From Lophium mytilinum (lineage: Eukaryota), in NCBI GenBank assembly GCA_010093605.1, contig MU004194.1, positions 1,712,323 through 1,765,631 of the forward strand: a DNA stretch of 53,309 nucleotides, read 5' to 3'. Position 1 is the stretch's first letter, and every line of letters begins with the position of its first letter. A program made the translations under genes and the position numbers. The notes under the pieces were generated by a model. The model worked only from the letters and a program-made list of their open reading frames with translations. It was not told the DNA's origin and did no database searches. Shown piece after piece: positions 49,164 to 53,309 of this stretch.

Positions 49164-50129
49164 ATATAAGATTAAAAATATTTATAAGAAAAGTTACTTA
49201 TTATATAATATAATAGTATTCTAGTAATTTAGAAAAATTTTATAGGCTATAGTTATAGCTCTAGATAGGTATAGAGGGTAAGAGAAGAGAGTAGCTAGTA
49301 GTATAAAGTATAGCTCTATAATTAAGTAGCCTTCTACTACTATATATAATAACTTCTAGATATTAAAATACTATAATAGAGTTATAATACTATATATAGT
49401 ATATATAATTAAATTTAAAGTATTATAGAAAAGGCGAAGTTCTAGTAGTAGGTACCTATAGAGGGTAATAGATATAATAGAAAGGGTCTTATATTATAAT
49501 AGCCTTACCTTAGTATAGGTTACTACTAGATAGTATTCTTATATAATAGAAATTTTAGCTGCATTAAATAAAATATATAAAGTAAAGGGTAGAATATAGT
49601 TTATATAATATTTATAGATAAAGTAATTAATAGAGCTACTATAGAAAGCCTTCCTACTAGGGCCCTTCCCTAGTAATATTAACTAAGTAGCTATATCTAT
49701 AAGGGGTATTAAAATAGGTTAGGCGGGGTAAGCCCTATAATAAGAATATTAATAAATTCTTATTTTTAACTAATTATACTCTCTAACTACTTTCTACTTC
49801 TTAGCTCTATATTTTAAACTATTATCCCTCTTACTACTATACCTAGTAGTTAGTATAGAATGCCCCTAAAAGTACTAGAATAAAAAAAAGTAAAAAGTAG
49901 CTAAATTACATTTAATAGTGGATTTAAACTAATATAAGAAAGATAAAAAGAAGAGGGCTGTAGACTAAATAGCTATAGTAGAAGAGGCTAGTAAGCCTAC
50001 TTTTACTTCTATTCTAGATTTATTTCTAATTATCTTTAAAAACCCTAGAAGTCTTTCTAGTATAAATATTAGGGCCCCTTATTCTACTATAATACTACTG
50101 CCACTGGTAATAATACTATTAATGGTAGT

Positions 50130-51230
50130 AATACTAGTAGTAATAGAAATAATAGGATTTAATAGTAATTACTAGCTAATATTAAATATACTAATAAAAC
50201 TAAGCTATACTAAGCTAAAACTAGTAAAATTAGCTTATTTTATATAGCTACTAGCTTAGTAATATATATAAATAGTAGAAAAGTTAATAGTAATAATAAG
50301 CTAATACTAAGCTTACTAATAAAACTATACTATAATAAGTAACTACTAGTAGTAATACTTAGAAAAAGAAATAAATTAACTGGTAGTAATACTAGTAGTA
50401 ATAGAAAAGTAAATAGTAGTAATAGAAAAGTAAACGGTAGTAATAGAAATAATAAGATTTAATAGTAATAAGAAGTTATTATTAAGTATACTAATAAACC
50501 TAGGCTATATTAAGTTATAACTACTAGAAATAGTTTATTTTATATAGCTACTAGCATAGTAATAGTATTAAATAATAATAAAAGTACTTAGTAGTAGAAA
50601 AATTAACCGGTAGTAATAGAAATACTAAGATATAATAATAATTACTAGCTAATATTATATATACTAGTAAAACTAAGCTATAATAAGTAGTAACTAGTAT
50701 AATTAGCTTATAATATATAGATACTAGCTTAGTAATATACCTAAATAGTAAAAAAAGTACTAAATAATAGAAAAAGTAACTAGTAGTAGTACTAGTAGTA
50801 ATAGATATAAGAAGATATACTTACTAATACTAACTATTACTAAGCTTACTAGTAGTACTAAGCTATAATAAGTTATAACTAGTAGATTTATCTTATAATA
50901 TATAGCTACTAGCCTAATAATAATACTAAATAGTAATAAAATAGAAAATAGTAGTAAAAGTAACTAGTAGTAATAGAAATAATAAGATATACTTATAAAT
51001 ACTAACTAATACTAAGTCTAATAGTAAGACTAATCTATAGAAAGTAATAAATAGTAGAGTTTAGCTATAATATATAGCTATTTACTTAGTAGTAATACTT
51101 AATATAAATAGAAGTAAAAGTAACTAGTAGTAATATAAATAATAAAATATACTTATACTATATACCTAATACTAAGTCTACTAGTAATACTTACCTATAC
51201 TAAGTAGTAGTAGAATAATTTTATAATATA
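50130..51230. repeat. Degenerate tandem array, ~160-185 bp unit, about 6 copies
   Basis: Recurrent AC(T/C)(A/G)GTAGTAATAGAAATAATAAGAT...CTAAGCTATA...TATATAGCTACTAGCTTAGTAAT at ~50130, 50434, 50606, 50791, 50962 and 51122. Confidence 0.75.
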
Positions 51231-51621
51231 AAGCTAGTAGTAAGAAATAATAATAAAATATAGATATATAATATAAAAGTATTAACTACTTAGTAATAAT
51301 ATTAGTCTATATTTTAACTATTAATAGCTTATATCTTATTAATTAGCGCCTCTAAGTAAAAAATATATACTAGATATAAAGTTAATAGTACTCTAAATTC
51401 TAAAAATATATAGTTAGTAGTTAGTAAATAGAAATAGAATATATAAGTATAATAGCTTAAATTAAAAATCTATCTAAACTATATACTAGTTTTTTTTTCT
51501 TTCTTATAAAAACTTCTAGAAAAGTACTCTCTAACGCCTTAATAGTAATATAACCCTAAACTAAACCTTTAACTATATAGAATAAACTCTAATACTAAGT
51601 AGTTTTTAGAACTACTATATA

Positions 51622-53309
51622 TTAAACCTTTATCTTACTATAAATATAGTCTAGATTTAATTCTAGTATTAAATCTAAGCCTCTAATATAAGAAGTATCT
51701 TCTTTAATAGTAAAGATAGTTCTAGTAAAGTCTTCTACTAAGTAGTAAGTATCTTTATTACCTTCTAATAACTTAAAGCTATATAAATCTCTACCTTCTA
51801 GATTTCTAGCTAAATAAGTAGCTAATAGAATAATATCTTTATATATACATATAATAGGCTCTATTCTATTAGCTAGGCATACTTCTAAAGGTAGAAAGCA
51901 TTCTAAGCAGGTATTAGTATTATTTAATAAGCCTAAGTTAGATATTTCTTCTTTAATAGGTAGAATAGCTTTAAATATTAGTTTACTTTTAGAATTAGGG
52001 CAGTTATATATACTATGCCACTTATAATTACTATCTCTATTATTAAAGTAGTAAAAGCAGATTTCTTTTAAAGTATCTAGCCGTTCTAATATACTAATAA
52101 TATAGCTATTATCTTCTTCTTTTTCTAGTTCTTCTAAGAATAAAAGCTTAGAACTAGATTTAGATTTAGTAGTAATATTCTCTTCTTCTTCTCTTTCTAT
52201 ATCTTCTAAGAAGCCAAGCTTTTTAGTAGGGCTAGTTAAAGTAGTACTAGTATTCTTTTTAGCTTTAGTATTAATAGATAGCTTACTAGAATAGGTATTA
52301 GGTACTCTACTAGTATTAGATAAGCTAGGCTCTTTATCTTTTCTAATAATACTACTAGGATAAGTATTAGGTACTATACTACTACTAGGTAATATAGTAT
52401 CTCTATTTCTTTTAGTAATACTAGAAGGATAAGTATTAGGTACTCTAGTAGGACTAGGGCTATTACTAGGTAATAAAAGTAGATTATTACTAGAAGTAGA
52501 AGGAGAGTTATTAGAACTTATTTCTATATACTCTTTATCTTTACTTTTAAGTATATACCTAGTACTTCTACTAATAGATATATTATTACTAGAAGAAGAA
52601 TCTTTTCTAGCTTTACTTTTAGATTTACTTTTCTTTTTTAAGCTAGTAGGTATATTAATACTAGTATTACTAGAAGAACTATCTTCTATTTCTATACTTT
52701 TAAGCTTAGCTTTCTTAGTTATAGTAGAACTAGTAGAATTATTTATACTAGATTTCTGCCGTCTATGCTTTCTACTAGAGCTACTAGCTATAGAATTAGT
52801 ATTTTTATCTACTAGCTTAATAGGAGCTAAACTAGAAATAAAAGTAATATTAAAAGGGTTACCTTCTAGCTCTATTAGATTAAAGTAAGTTAAAAATCTA
52901 ATACTAGCTAAAAAGAACTCTTCTTCTAAAGGCTTAGTAGTATTTCTAGCTAAGCTAAAAGGGCGGCCGTAGTTTCTATTACTAGTAATAGTATTTCTAT
53001 TAGCTTGCATATCTTCTATAGTAATAGTATCTTTAAAAGTATCTTTATTAATAGTTTTAGTACCTATTTTATACTTTAAAATATAATCTATTAACTACCT
53101 ATAGTTACTAATATTAATTCCTACTTTAAAGAAGTTCTTAGTTTCTTTAACTAGTAGATTAGAGATAGAACTAGATTTAATAATAGTATTATTATACTCT
53201 AGTAAATAAGGACTAATAGTAGTAATTCCTAAGGCTTTAATAGATAGAAAGTTATAAAAAGGTAGTACTACTAGTAGATATAGCTTAAGTATATTACTTA
53301 GCTTAGGCC
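51622..53309 (-). CDS. AT-rich ORF running off the window (single TAG at 53095-53097): tyrosine-recombinase-like C-terminal motifs, Ser-rich linker and Cys-rich domain, resembling fungal telomere-linked helicase proteins without the helicase core
   Basis: The frame reads ...YLLVVLPF...GINISNYR*LI...EDMQANRNTITSNRNYGR...FFLASIRFLTYF, later ICFYYF...WHSIYNCP...CLECFLPLEVC...CIYKDII. Confidence 0.6.

Noticed and set aside
48700..50100. RIP-mutated sequence on both sides of the N gap
   Set aside because: Could not be assigned to any element family by eye, and contiguity across the gap is uncertain.
50130..51230. CRISPR-like regularly spaced repeats
   Set aside because: Eukaryotic context, whole units are homologous (no unique spacers) and there are no cas genes.

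Overview
Filamentous ascomycete genomic DNA (short spliceosomal introns, RIP-mutated repeats). A GC-equilibrated gene island (~507-29410) lies between two AT-rich RIP-mutated blocks (1-~450 and ~29410-53309; N gap at 49029-49163). In order, the island holds a HET-domain protein, an Hsp20, a Bet v1/START-like protein, a small secreted PSGGFP-repeat protein, a GprK-type GPCR-RGS and a secreted SurE phosphatase. These are followed by a backbone-less P450/methyltransferase/SDR/Zn2Cys6 cluster, a secreted modular protein, an ankyrin protein and a membrane protein whose 3' end appears hit by RIP leakage. The right-hand block is a nest of a Tad-like LINE and three Ty3/Gypsy elements, one complete with 202-bp LTRs and a TACTA target-site duplication. 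After the gap come a ~160-185 bp tandem array and a nearly open AT-rich ORF. Two observations stand out. (1) The secreted protein carries a CNF1/DNT-type LSGC-x14-H deamidase motif between Kex2 sites and sits next to the ankyrin gene, suggesting a possible toxin/immunity pair. (2) The AT-rich ORF resembles the tyrosine-recombinase-like and Cys-rich parts of fungal telomere-linked helicases but lacks the helicase, and its codon usage appears to avoid RIP target sites. All family assignments are from motif recognition only; no searches were run.
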